DNA of 64,000 nucleotides from a virus. Its lineage: Duplodnaviria > Caudoviricetes. Below are positions 28,816 to 37,671 of the stretch, piece by piece. The notes beneath the pieces were generated by a model. The model saw only the letters and a program-made list of their open reading frames with translations. It was not told the DNA's origin and made no database searches. Positions within the stretch are counted from its first letter, which is position 1, and each line of letters begins with the position of its first letter. The position numbers and the translations under genes are program-made. Location of the stretch: IMG/VR virus record IMGVR_UViG_3300032290_001644, positions 8,736 to 72,735 of that record, one strand, 5' to 3'.

Positions 28816-29424
28816 TTACTTGAAATGAAGTGAGGCAAGCGACGCAAGCTCGGCGTGTGATGCTCCGCCAACCCACTTTTCTATTGTCTCTCGTATTGTC
28901 TTCATCGTTTGGATTTGATCATAAAGCTTGGGGATATCATGCGTGTCTAGAGCTTGGTACTCTTGCAAGTCTTTCTCGATCAACGCAAGCCTGCATGATA
29001 GCCTATATTGTATCAAAAAAAAGTGTACTACTCTGGCACTCACACGATGAGCGATGAGTAATTTTGTATGAGCATGTACTAAATCCTCTTCAGTACGATA
29101 CACAATGTCAGTGGTACGAGTAGATAAAGACCGGTACGGCTCAAGCTCTTCCAAAAGTGTATCAATCGTGTCTTGACGCAATTTTTTTAACCGATTGAAT
29201 TGCTGGTGTAGTGTATGTCTGATTTCATCTCTCACTGGATTTTCACTCATCTTCAAGTGGTACTCAAGTAATAGCTCCTGCTCTCTCTTGTACACTAGTG
29301 CATGCAGATCAAGTAAATCATCATCAGTAAATTTTGAATTAGTACATGCCTTGTGCTTGAGTATCCAGCTGGGGATATCATCTTTGTGAGGAAGAAGAAT
29401 CATGCAGCATGCTCTCTGGCTCAA
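28816..29424 (-). CDS. Hypothetical coiled-coil protein
   Basis: About 200 aa, helical; true start may be slightly downstream. Confidence 0.6.
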   Translation of the reverse strand: MSQRACCMILLPHKDDIPSWILKHKACTNSKFTDDDLLDLHALVYKREQELLLEYHLKMSENPVRDEIRHTLHQQFNRLKKLRQDTIDTLLEELEPYRSLSTRTTDIVYRTEEDLVHAHTKLLIAHRVSARVVHFFLIQYRLSCRLALIEKDLQEYQALDTHDIPKLYDQIQTMKTIRETIEKWVGGASHAELASLASLHFK

Positions 29425-29572
29425 TTCCTTGTTGTCTACAAGCTTTGTCTAAAACAATTCGTACCCACTGACTCAAAGTCTTACCATGTTTGAGTGCTAC
29501 TTCTTTATAGATATCTGCTCTAGCCTGATCCAGCATAACAATCATTGAATGTTTATCTTTTTTCTCGCTCAT
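29378..29572 (-). CDS. Ribbon-helix-helix-like DNA-binding protein
   Basis: SMIVML...ADIYKEVALKHGKTLSQWVRIVL; first gene of the leftward block. Confidence 0.7.
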   Translation of the reverse strand: MSEKKDKHSMIVMLDQARADIYKEVALKHGKTLSQWVRIVLDKACRQQGIEPESMLHDSSSSQR

Positions 29573-29600
29573 ATATACCTCGGTCGGTGTATGGTTTTAA

Positions 29601-29662
29601 ATCGTTCATGTGTATAGCATGAACGATAATATGATTATATATGAATTTGTATGTCTTAGTAA
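29601..29662 (-). promoter_or_regulatory. Leftward promoter with a perfect 10-bp inverted repeat near the start site
   Basis: Minus strand TTACTA-17 nt-TATAAT; ATCGTTCATG-7 nt-CATGAACGAT at 29601-29627. Confidence 0.6.
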
Positions 29663-29700
29663 AAATATTTTTTGAGCATCTTTTTAGGCCAGATGAATTA

Positions 29701-30367
29701 AGGGGTAGTTTGGGGGTAATTAAGCCTCAAAAATAGTCAAAAACACACTCAAAAAGGACAAAAAACACAACTTTTAAGGTACTTTTTAGCTAATTAAGGG
29801 GGGTAAAAAGGGTAATTAAAACGGCGTTTTTGCCAAATACCCACTACCCCCCCCATGCATTACATACCCCCCCTGCATACCTTCACATGTGTGTAATATA
29901 TCCTAAAAAACCTTCTACAACTCCGATAAAACCGAATAATCTTCAAAATGAATAATAGTAATATAAATAATAAAAAACATGCAGAGGGGGGGGGTATTTT
30001 GAAAAGGTAAATAGAAATTATTTTTTTGTGTAGGTGGTATATAATAGGTAGTGAATTTTTTGTATAGGGGGTAGGAGGTATTACCCCCCCCTGCAAGCCA
30101 CCATCATGAAAAGATGAAAACACTTTACAATTTACATGAAATACCGATAAACACACACACCCAAGACATATGCAAATTGAGTCTTAATATATGCAGGGGG
30201 GGGTAGTGGGTATCTGCTGGGGGGTATCTGATCCTAAAAATAGCGTTTTTAATTACCCTTTTTACCCCCCCTAATTAGTCTTTTTTGCCTACTTTTGTTG
30301 TCAAAAGAGGTATGTTTTTGATCCTAATAGGGTAAATTTAGGCCTTAATCCCCCCTAAAATACCCCT
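29701..30367. repeat. Large imperfect inverted repeat (arms about 160-175 bp) at the strand switch
   Basis: 29790-29821 vs 30247-30278 match 31/32 in reverse complement; 29837-29860 vs 30191-30213 match with one indel; outer arms match more loosely. Confidence 0.9.
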
Positions 30368-30467
30368 ATCATTTTTTTCGATCTGATAGAGTTTAAGCTA
30401 TCTATGAATAGCGATACATGCTAAAATTTTTATATCACGGCAAAGCAAATCAACAATGAGGTGATAT

Positions 30468-31001
30468 ATGACTCGAAAAAGAGGATTTATGAGAACGCCA
30501 CCAACGGCAAGGAGCAATTCAGGTCTTCGTGCACAAAAACAAGGTAAAAGTGCTGAGGAGCAAATTTTAGAGATAAGTGCTTTTTATCTCCAACATGGGA
30601 TTGCAGAAGTGAATAAAAGACATGAGCCATATAAAAGGGTAGGATCAGGTAAAAACTGCTTTCATGCTGTGTATAGCGACAAGGCTGGATGTGATTTTGA
30701 GATTTGGCTACCTAGTGGTAAAGGTGGGTACATAGAATGTAAATCAAGGGAAGGCATGAGGATCCAAAAGAGTGCGATTGATCCATACCAACAAGAGCAA
30801 CTTGATCGACGGCTTGAGTGGGGACAAATAGCGGTGGTACTTATCAGACTTGACGGCGTTTGGTTTGCATGCTCATGGAAGAAATTTAGGGATTTTGAAA
30901 AGAAGTCTTTTACGGTAGCAGATCTTCTTCAAGTAGGTAAGCCAGTACCTATGCTTGCCAATTTACTTCCAGATTTCATTAAAGTACTAGATCAAATTTG
31001 A
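30468..31001 (+). CDS. recU: RecU-like Holliday junction resolvase
   Basis: QGKSAEEQI...Y...V.K...P, K.GCDF, YIECKS, Q..QL, AVVLI. Confidence 0.8.
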   Translation: MTRKRGFMRTPPTARSNSGLRAQKQGKSAEEQILEISAFYLQHGIAEVNKRHEPYKRVGSGKNCFHAVYSDKAGCDFEIWLPSGKGGYIECKSREGMRIQKSAIDPYQQEQLDRRLEWGQIAVVLIRLDGVWFACSWKKFRDFEKKSFTVADLLQVGKPVPMLANLLPDFIKVLDQI

Positions 31002-31053
31002 TACTATATAAAGTCTTTGATATATCTATTTATCTTTTCATCAAAGGACCACC

Positions 31054-32148
31054 ATGAAAATCACTCTTGATATCACTAAACATATCTCAATTTTGAAATC
31101 GATTGTTTCACTTGCTAGTCAAATGACAGCTCCAGAGTATCTATCCTATATCTATGTAGAGTGTTCCAATAGAACACTCACTCTACAATCCACTAATCTA
31201 GAGGCAACAAAGTTTTGTACCATCACACTGGATCAAGAATACCCCGAATTTAAATCTTTGATCCATCACCAAGCTTTGGCTCAAGTGCTGGCAATCTTTA
31301 CCGGCAAGATTTCTATTGACTTTGTAAAGGGTATCATCTCTCAAGGATCAACCAAGATTCACTTTAAAACACTGGATCCTAATTCCTTCCCTGAAATCAA
31401 GGTGGGTACTAATAAAGCACCATCTGATACACCAGTTTGGGATGAGTCTGAAATTGCTGACCTAAAAAAATCGATTGATATCTGCTTACCTTGTGTAAGT
31501 ACGGAAGTTTCCCGTATCCGTCTATGTACAATCAATCTCAAATCAAGCGGTGATAATCTGTTTATGCAGGCAACCAACGGCCATGTTTTGGCTAAGATCC
31601 GACTGGTAAAGCCTCGCTATACTGATTTTGATTGCCTCATTCCTAGCTCATCCATCAAACACATATCCAGCTTTCTAGCAACAACAGCCTTCCCCACGAT
31701 CTTTTTAGATGCAGGCCATATCGTACTATCAGATATCACTCAAACCGTCGCCGTTCGTTTGATCCAAGAAGTCTTCCCCGATATCGATGCTATCATTCCT
31801 AAACCAAGTGAAGATGCAATTAATTTCACTATCACGGATGAGCTAAGACAAGCCGTAAGGCAGGTGCAAAAAGTGGCCTCTGACTCCGCTTGTCTTCTTC
31901 ATATAGATCAAAATAATCGTTTCTTTGTTCATGGTAAAACCGCTACTGGTGAGCTTGTCTATGAGTGGAAGGATGATGAATATGATGAAGACAAAGAGCC
32001 TCACAAAGCCTTGTTCCAAACATCGTACCTATCCAACACGATCAATCATACAGATGTAGGCCAACAGATGAGTGAGCATACCCCGCTCATGTGTAGATCA
32101 AATGATGACAAGGTCCTTCTTCTATCCATGGCACGGAGAACCTCTTAA
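31054..32148 (+). CDS. dnaN: DNA polymerase III beta sliding clamp homolog
   Basis: 364 aa. LTLQSTNLE, SFPEI, STEVSRIRL, MQATNGHVLA, LIPSSS, RLIQEVFPDIDAIIP. Confidence 0.82.
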   Translation: MKITLDITKHISILKSIVSLASQMTAPEYLSYIYVECSNRTLTLQSTNLEATKFCTITLDQEYPEFKSLIHHQALAQVLAIFTGKISIDFVKGIISQGSTKIHFKTLDPNSFPEIKVGTNKAPSDTPVWDESEIADLKKSIDICLPCVSTEVSRIRLCTINLKSSGDNLFMQATNGHVLAKIRLVKPRYTDFDCLIPSSSIKHISSFLATTAFPTIFLDAGHIVLSDITQTVAVRLIQEVFPDIDAIIPKPSEDAINFTITDELRQAVRQVQKVASDSACLLHIDQNNRFFVHGKTATGELVYEWKDDEYDEDKEPHKALFQTSYLSNTINHTDVGQQMSEHTPLMCRSNDDKVLLLSMARRTS

Positions 32149-32997
32149 ATGGTCAAAGAAAAGCATGTTTTAGGGATATCTGGGGGTAAAGATAGTGCTG
32201 GTCTTGCAGTCTATATGCGAACATATCATCCAGAAATTGATATCGAGTATTTTTTTACGGATACTGGCAAAGAGCTACCCGAGACCTATGATTTTCTAAC
32301 TCGCTTGGAGGGGTATCTTCGTAAAAGAATCAATCGACTTGACTCTAAGAGGGATTTTGATTTTTGGCTAAGACAGCATGGGAATTATCTGCCAAGTGCC
32401 ACAGATAGATGGTGTACTATCAAAATGAAACTCAAGCCTTTTGAAGACTGGGTACAAGCTTTCTTGGATGAAGGTTATACCGTATATTCATATGTGGCTA
32501 TTCGTGCGGATGAAGAATTTAGAGAAGGGTATCAATCCAAAGACTCAAACCTAATTATTAAATTACCGCTTAGGGAAAATGGGATTGATAAGCCTAGAGT
32601 CATGCAACTTTTGCATGACGCCGGCCTTGGTTTGCCAGAGTACTATGAGTGGCGAAGTCGAAGCGGTTGCACTTTTTGTTTCTTCCAACGCAAGATTGAA
32701 TGGGTCGGATTACTAGAACGACATCCCGAAGCGTTTCAAGAGGCAATCGATTATGAAAAGAGTAGTATCAAAGATGGCTACTTCTTTACATGGTCAGAAA
32801 ATGAAAGCTTGGAAGAGTTGGCAAAGCCTGAACGAGTAGCTCAAATCAAGGCTGAATATGAGAAACGAAAACAACAATACCAAGAGAGACAAGCAAAGAG
32901 ACGGAGAAGTAACTTGTTGCAAGGTGCTAATGCTTGCTCAATTGATACTGATGATGTTTATGGATCCGCTAAAGTTTGTCTTGCTTGCCATAAATAA
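32149..32997 (+). CDS. PAPS-reductase-family PP-loop protein, SspD/DndC-like
   Basis: HVLGISGGKDS, FTDTGKELPET, RWCTIKMKLKP, AIRADE, RSRSGCTFCFFQRK.EW, C-terminal CLACH. Confidence 0.85.
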   Translation: MVKEKHVLGISGGKDSAGLAVYMRTYHPEIDIEYFFTDTGKELPETYDFLTRLEGYLRKRINRLDSKRDFDFWLRQHGNYLPSATDRWCTIKMKLKPFEDWVQAFLDEGYTVYSYVAIRADEEFREGYQSKDSNLIIKLPLRENGIDKPRVMQLLHDAGLGLPEYYEWRSRSGCTFCFFQRKIEWVGLLERHPEAFQEAIDYEKSSIKDGYFFTWSENESLEELAKPERVAQIKAEYEKRKQQYQERQAKRRRSNLLQGANACSIDTDDVYGSAKVCLACHK

Positions 32998-33066
32998 TTC
33001 TGCTGTTAACCAGGTTAACTACACAAATCTGCTGTTACCGCTGGAAACTACACAATATAAATAATT
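32991..33066. repeat. Two 28-bp bipartite repeats flanked by 9-bp direct repeats
   Basis: TCTGCTGTTA-N8-AACTACACAA at 32999 and 33028; TAAATAATT at 32991 and 33058. Confidence 0.85.
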
Positions 33067-33077
33067 AGGACACCTAT

Positions 33078-33566
33078 ATGCACCAGATCATAGACACATA
33101 TGCGTACAATCAGAGCATGATTTATAACCGACGGATTTTCCTTGCTAGTAGTGTACATGTACCAGCTCGGTACGATTGGCAATCAAGCGTAATCTCTTTT
33201 TTAAAAAATCATGTTTTTACGGATAGCTATTGCACGATCGTGCATCTCCAACATGGTACGATGGATGATACGGAAAAAATAAAATTGTACTATCAGTATC
33301 AAGCAAAGAGTACCTATACCGTCGTCTATTTTGATCAACATGCGGATGCATCCATCTATATGCTTGAGCTGGGTATGTACCTTCATTCAAAACAAGTCAT
33401 TGTCATTTGTCATAAAGATTTTATTGCTAGGCTTACACTAGAGCAAATGTGTGTATGGTGGGGTATCCATCTGATGATCCATGATCCAGATACATGCACC
33501 TTGGATACGGAGCTACTACAAAACCAACATTTCTTCAAGGATACCTCTAAATGGAAAGTGATTTAA
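33078..33566 (+). CDS. Nucleoside 2-deoxyribosyltransferase-like protein
   Basis: RIFLASS...DWQ...VVYFD...SIYMLELG...VIVIC, including the family's conserved Glu. Confidence 0.72.
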   Translation: MHQIIDTYAYNQSMIYNRRIFLASSVHVPARYDWQSSVISFLKNHVFTDSYCTIVHLQHGTMDDTEKIKLYYQYQAKSTYTVVYFDQHADASIYMLELGMYLHSKQVIVICHKDFIARLTLEQMCVWWGIHLMIHDPDTCTLDTELLQNQHFFKDTSKWKVI

Positions 33567-33780
33567 ACTATTGATTTAATTGAACAATTTTAGATTACCT
33601 TTTTGAAAAAGGTTTTAATTTCTGCTAAGACCAACGGACCTAGCACGGTTTCAAATGTTACTCTAAGTAACATTTACTTTCTGCTAGTGACGACGCCACT
33701 ATCACTATTTTAAAAATTCATCATCCCGAATGTGTTTTAGCTATATTTAAAAACCCTTCAACACAATCAGGATAAATGAA

Positions 33781-36600
33781 ATGCAATTTTCCGATCATGC
33801 TCTATCACTTTTGAGGAGCTACTACCTATTACCATACGAAAAAGAAATTGATGAGGCCTTTGAGCGAGCAAGCAAGGCTTATTGTGCTGGTGATTATGAT
33901 CTAGCTAGTCGTATCTACAACTATGTAAAAAAGGGGTGGTTTATGTTCTCATCCCCTATTTTATCCAATTCCAGGATCAAGGATGATGAGAAGAAAAAGG
34001 CTGGCTTACCAATCTCTTGCTACCTGACCTATGTCAATGATGATCTTGATGGTCTCATATCCCATACAACTGAAAATCGTTGGCTTGGAGTACTAGGTGG
34101 CGGTGTAGGTGGTTACTGGGGACATGTGAGAGCGGTATCTCAAAAAGCACCTGGTCCTATTCCCTTTATCAAGACCATTGATAGTGATGTAGAGGCTTAC
34201 CGCCAAGGGAAGACACGACGAGCAAGCTATGCAGCATACCTTGATATTAGTCATCCAGATATCATTGAATTTCTCAATCTACGATTACCCACTGGGGGGG
34301 ATACCAATCGCAAGGCCTTTAATTTGCACAATGCAATTTGCCTAAGTGATGAATTTATGCAAGCGGTGGTGGATAATAAAGCATGGGATTTGATTGATCC
34401 ACACACACACGAGACAAGAGAGACGGTACAAGCAAGAGAGCTTTGGCAACGAATTTTAGAAGTACGATTTAGAACGGGTGAGCCTTATCTCATGTTCAAG
34501 GATACCGCTAATAGAGCCTTACCCCAAAGCCTAAAGGATAAAGGCCTAAAAATTCATAGCTCAAATCTTTGTCTTGCTGGTAGTGAACGAGTAATCACAA
34601 ATCGAGGATATTTAACCGCCAAAGAGTTATATGAGCAAGGGGGGGAGCTTGAGATTTTTGATGGTGTACACAAGCAAAAAGCCACTGAGATGAGATTGGT
34701 TGAGAAGGATGTACCCACATATAAAATCACTCTTAAGAACGGTTTATCACATACCATAACAAGTTATCACCGAGTACGAACGGATAATGGATTGACCGCT
34801 TGTGAAGATTTAAAGGTTGGGGATAGAGTACATATCCAGAGCAATAAAGGTCTTTTTGGTACAACCAGCATGGAGGATGAGGCCTTCCTACTAGGTTTAT
34901 ATCAAGCAGATGGTACCCAATACAAAGATACGATCATGCTGGATCTATGGGAAGATGATTTTGATCTGATCGAGGAAATTGAAGAACGCTTTGCAAGAGT
35001 ACATCACAAGTATGGATGCGATACATATGAGATAAAAAATTCTCATGGTGTCATTACAAGAGGTAGAGAGCCTGCAAAATTCAATGATTGTATTGTAAAT
35101 CAAAGTACTGTTGCCAAAAAGCGATTAGCCTCTAAAACACTAAAGAAGTCTCTTGATTTCACAAAAGGACAAATTCCTTATTGGATTTGGGAATCAGATG
35201 AAGCTACCCAGTGGCAATATGTCAGAGGTTTATTCTATGCTGATGGTTGTGTATCTTTAGCCTCCTCTAAAGGTGAGCCAATTTATCTTAGTATCGCTAA
35301 TGTAAATAAAGATTTTCTAAATGAATTACATTTACTTTTAAGAAATTTAGGTTTGCCTTTTGCTCTTCACCTACAAAGAGAAGCAGGTTTCTCAAGCCTA
35401 CCAGATGGTAAAGGCGGATACAAAGATTACCCAACACAAACATGTTATCGCTTAGTATGTGGATCTAAAAACGCTTGTTTACGCTTAGAAGAAAAAACTG
35501 GCTTTCTTACTAGACGAGGCGTAGATCTTGAAAAAAGACCTTGGCGTGATAATACTCGTAAAGTGTCTGAAGTGGTATCCGTGGAGTATATTTGCCACCA
35601 AGATGTATACTGCCTAACCGTAGATTCTGAAAGTCATTTGTTTGTAGCGAATGGTGTTATTACACATAACTGTTCCGAAATTTTCTTGCCAACGGCTAAA
35701 GATAGATCTGCCGTATGTTGCCTCTCTAGTCTCAATCTTGAATATTTTGATGAGTGGAAAAATACCCCTATTGTTGAGGATTGCATTACTTTCCTAGACA
35801 ATGTACTTCAATATTTTATTGATCATGCTCCCCCCCAACTGGCGAATGCAATCCATGGAGCAAGACAAGAACGATCATTAGGTCTTGGTGCTATGGGATT
35901 TCATTCATACCTACAACGCAAGAAGGTTGCCTTTGAGTCTATTGTGGCAAAAAGCTTTAATAAAAAAATCTTTAAACTGATCAATGAACGAGCAGTTTTA
36001 CAATCTCAAAAATTAGCTACCGAGCGTGGTGAATATCCTGATGGCTTAGGCACTGGTAGACGCAATGCTCATCTCTTAGCGATTGCTCCCAACTCAAACT
36101 CTTCAATCATTTTGGATACTTCCCCCAGCATTGAGCCTTGGGTTGCCAATGCCTTCACACATAGGACCAGAGCGGGTACTTTCCTTACTAAGAATAGGTA
36201 TCTTGATGATTTGTTAAGGAGCAAAGGCTTGAGTGAGTCTGAATATGAAGAGGTTTGGCAATCAATCATCATCCATGAAGGATCAGTGCAACATCTTGAT
36301 TTACTGACAGAGCATGAGCGAAAAATCTTTAAGACGGCGTATGAAATCGATCAACGCTGGGTAATCTTACATGCAGGGGAACGCCAACCGTTTATTTGCC
36401 AAGGTCAATCAACAAATCTCTTCTTCCCTTCAGGTAGTGATAAATCCTATGTCAATGCTTGCCACCTTCAAGCTTGGAAGGATGGCTTAAAGTCAGTGTA
36501 CTATCTTCGTACTACTGCTGGTACACAAGCGGAAAAAATCTCTAAACCAATCGTCAAGGAAGTCGTAAAACTTGATGAATGTATCGCATGTCAAGGATGA
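33781..36600 (+). CDS. nrdA: Class Ia ribonucleotide reductase alpha subunit, intein-containing, no ATP cone
   Basis: FSSPILSN, PISCY, GGGVG, YRQGKTRRASYA, SNL[intein]CSEI, LGLGAMG, IAPNSNSS, YYLR, C-terminal CxxC. Confidence 0.95.
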   Translation: MQFSDHALSLLRSYYLLPYEKEIDEAFERASKAYCAGDYDLASRIYNYVKKGWFMFSSPILSNSRIKDDEKKKAGLPISCYLTYVNDDLDGLISHTTENRWLGVLGGGVGGYWGHVRAVSQKAPGPIPFIKTIDSDVEAYRQGKTRRASYAAYLDISHPDIIEFLNLRLPTGGDTNRKAFNLHNAICLSDEFMQAVVDNKAWDLIDPHTHETRETVQARELWQRILEVRFRTGEPYLMFKDTANRALPQSLKDKGLKIHSSNLCLAGSERVITNRGYLTAKELYEQGGELEIFDGVHKQKATEMRLVEKDVPTYKITLKNGLSHTITSYHRVRTDNGLTACEDLKVGDRVHIQSNKGLFGTTSMEDEAFLLGLYQADGTQYKDTIMLDLWEDDFDLIEEIEERFARVHHKYGCDTYEIKNSHGVITRGREPAKFNDCIVNQSTVAKKRLASKTLKKSLDFTKGQIPYWIWESDEATQWQYVRGLFYADGCVSLASSKGEPIYLSIANVNKDFLNELHLLLRNLGLPFALHLQREAGFSSLPDGKGGYKDYPTQTCYRLVCGSKNACLRLEEKTGFLTRRGVDLEKRPWRDNTRKVSEVVSVEYICHQDVYCLTVDSESHLFVANGVITHNCSEIFLPTAKDRSAVCCLSSLNLEYFDEWKNTPIVEDCITFLDNVLQYFIDHAPPQLANAIHGARQERSLGLGAMGFHSYLQRKKVAFESIVAKSFNKKIFKLINERAVLQSQKLATERGEYPDGLGTGRRNAHLLAIAPNSNSSIILDTSPSIEPWVANAFTHRTRAGTFLTKNRYLDDLLRSKGLSESEYEEVWQSIIIHEGSVQHLDLLTEHERKIFKTAYEIDQRWVILHAGERQPFICQGQSTNLFFPSGSDKSYVNACHLQAWKDGLKSVYYLRTTAGTQAEKISKPIVKEVVKLDECIACQG
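34570..35670 (+). mobile_element. Intein with LAGLIDADG homing endonuclease (367 aa)
   Basis: Starts CLAGSERV, ends FVANGVITHN before Cys; LLGLYQADG and VRGLFYADG motifs. Confidence 0.95.
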
Positions 36601-36604
36601 GCAA

Positions 36605-37552
36605 ATGAGCAATTTATTAAAAGAGAGCAAAACCTATAAACCATTTCATTACCCTTGGGCTATGCAATATGCTGAAAGTCATGAGAAGATGCACTGGGGG
36701 ACATGGGAAGCCAAATTGCAAGAAGATCTAAAGCAATGGAAGAGCAACGCTTTATCAGAGATTGAGAAACGATTTATCACTCAAATTCTTAGGATTTTTA
36801 CCCAATCAGATGTTGCGGTGGCGGATAACTACATTGACCAATTCTTACCCGTATTCAAGAACAATGAAATTCGCAACATGTTGTTATCCTTTGCCAATAG
36901 AGAAGGTACTCATCAACGAGCCTACGCTTTACTAAATGACACCTTGGGGTTGGATGAAAGTGAATATGCATATTTCCTAAGCCATAAGCCAATGCTTGAT
37001 AAAATTCACAATATGCAATCGATCGATCCTAGTGATAGTACTCAAACCGCTTATGCTCTAGCTCAAGCGGTTTGCAATGAAGGCATGAGTTTATTCTCAG
37101 CCTTTGTCATGCTCCTACACTTCCAACAACATGGCAAGATGAGAGGCATGTGCGAGGTTGTAGAATGGTCCATTAAAGATGAGTCTCTTCATGTGCAAGC
37201 CATGACAAAGCTGTACCAAACTTATGTAGAAGAGATGAGCCTACAAGTAGATGAGAGTCAAGTACAAGCTCTCTTTAGTCAAGCCGTAAACTTAGAGGAT
37301 CAAGTCATCGATCTGATCTTTGGGGATGCTCTTGCAATTGAAAATTTAACTAAGGTTGAGGTTAAGACTTTTATTAGGTATCTTGCTGATCGTAGGCTCA
37401 TGCAGCTTGATTGCCAGCCTATTTACCAGATCGATAAAAATCCTCTGCCATGGCTTGACTGGATCGTGAACGGCGTATCATTCAAGAATTTTTTTGAAGG
37501 TGTAGTCACTGATTATAGTGCCAGCGGTATGAGTGGAGACTGGGGATGGTAG
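36605..37552 (+). CDS. nrdB: Class Ia ribonucleotide reductase beta subunit
   Basis: FTQSDVAV, EGTHQRAY, EGMSLFSAF, WSIKDESLH, NFFE. Confidence 0.95.
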   Translation: MSNLLKESKTYKPFHYPWAMQYAESHEKMHWGTWEAKLQEDLKQWKSNALSEIEKRFITQILRIFTQSDVAVADNYIDQFLPVFKNNEIRNMLLSFANREGTHQRAYALLNDTLGLDESEYAYFLSHKPMLDKIHNMQSIDPSDSTQTAYALAQAVCNEGMSLFSAFVMLLHFQQHGKMRGMCEVVEWSIKDESLHVQAMTKLYQTYVEEMSLQVDESQVQALFSQAVNLEDQVIDLIFGDALAIENLTKVEVKTFIRYLADRRLMQLDCQPIYQIDKNPLPWLDWIVNGVSFKNFFEGVVTDYSASGMSGDWGW

Positions 37553-37671
37553 TCAATCGGGTACGGTAAAAAAATCGTAGATTAATAAAATATAAAAAAA
37601 CATATATACAAATTTAATTTTTCATGATACGAATATTTTAAAGCATCCAACAACTCAACAAGGAAAAAATC

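Noticed and set aside
29860-30156. 98-aa ORF within the inverted repeat
   Set aside because: Low-complexity translation of homopolymer DNA with no RBS.
29701-30367. Protelomerase hairpin-telomere site
   Set aside because: Those sites are near-perfect palindromes without a long spacer, and no protelomerase is seen.
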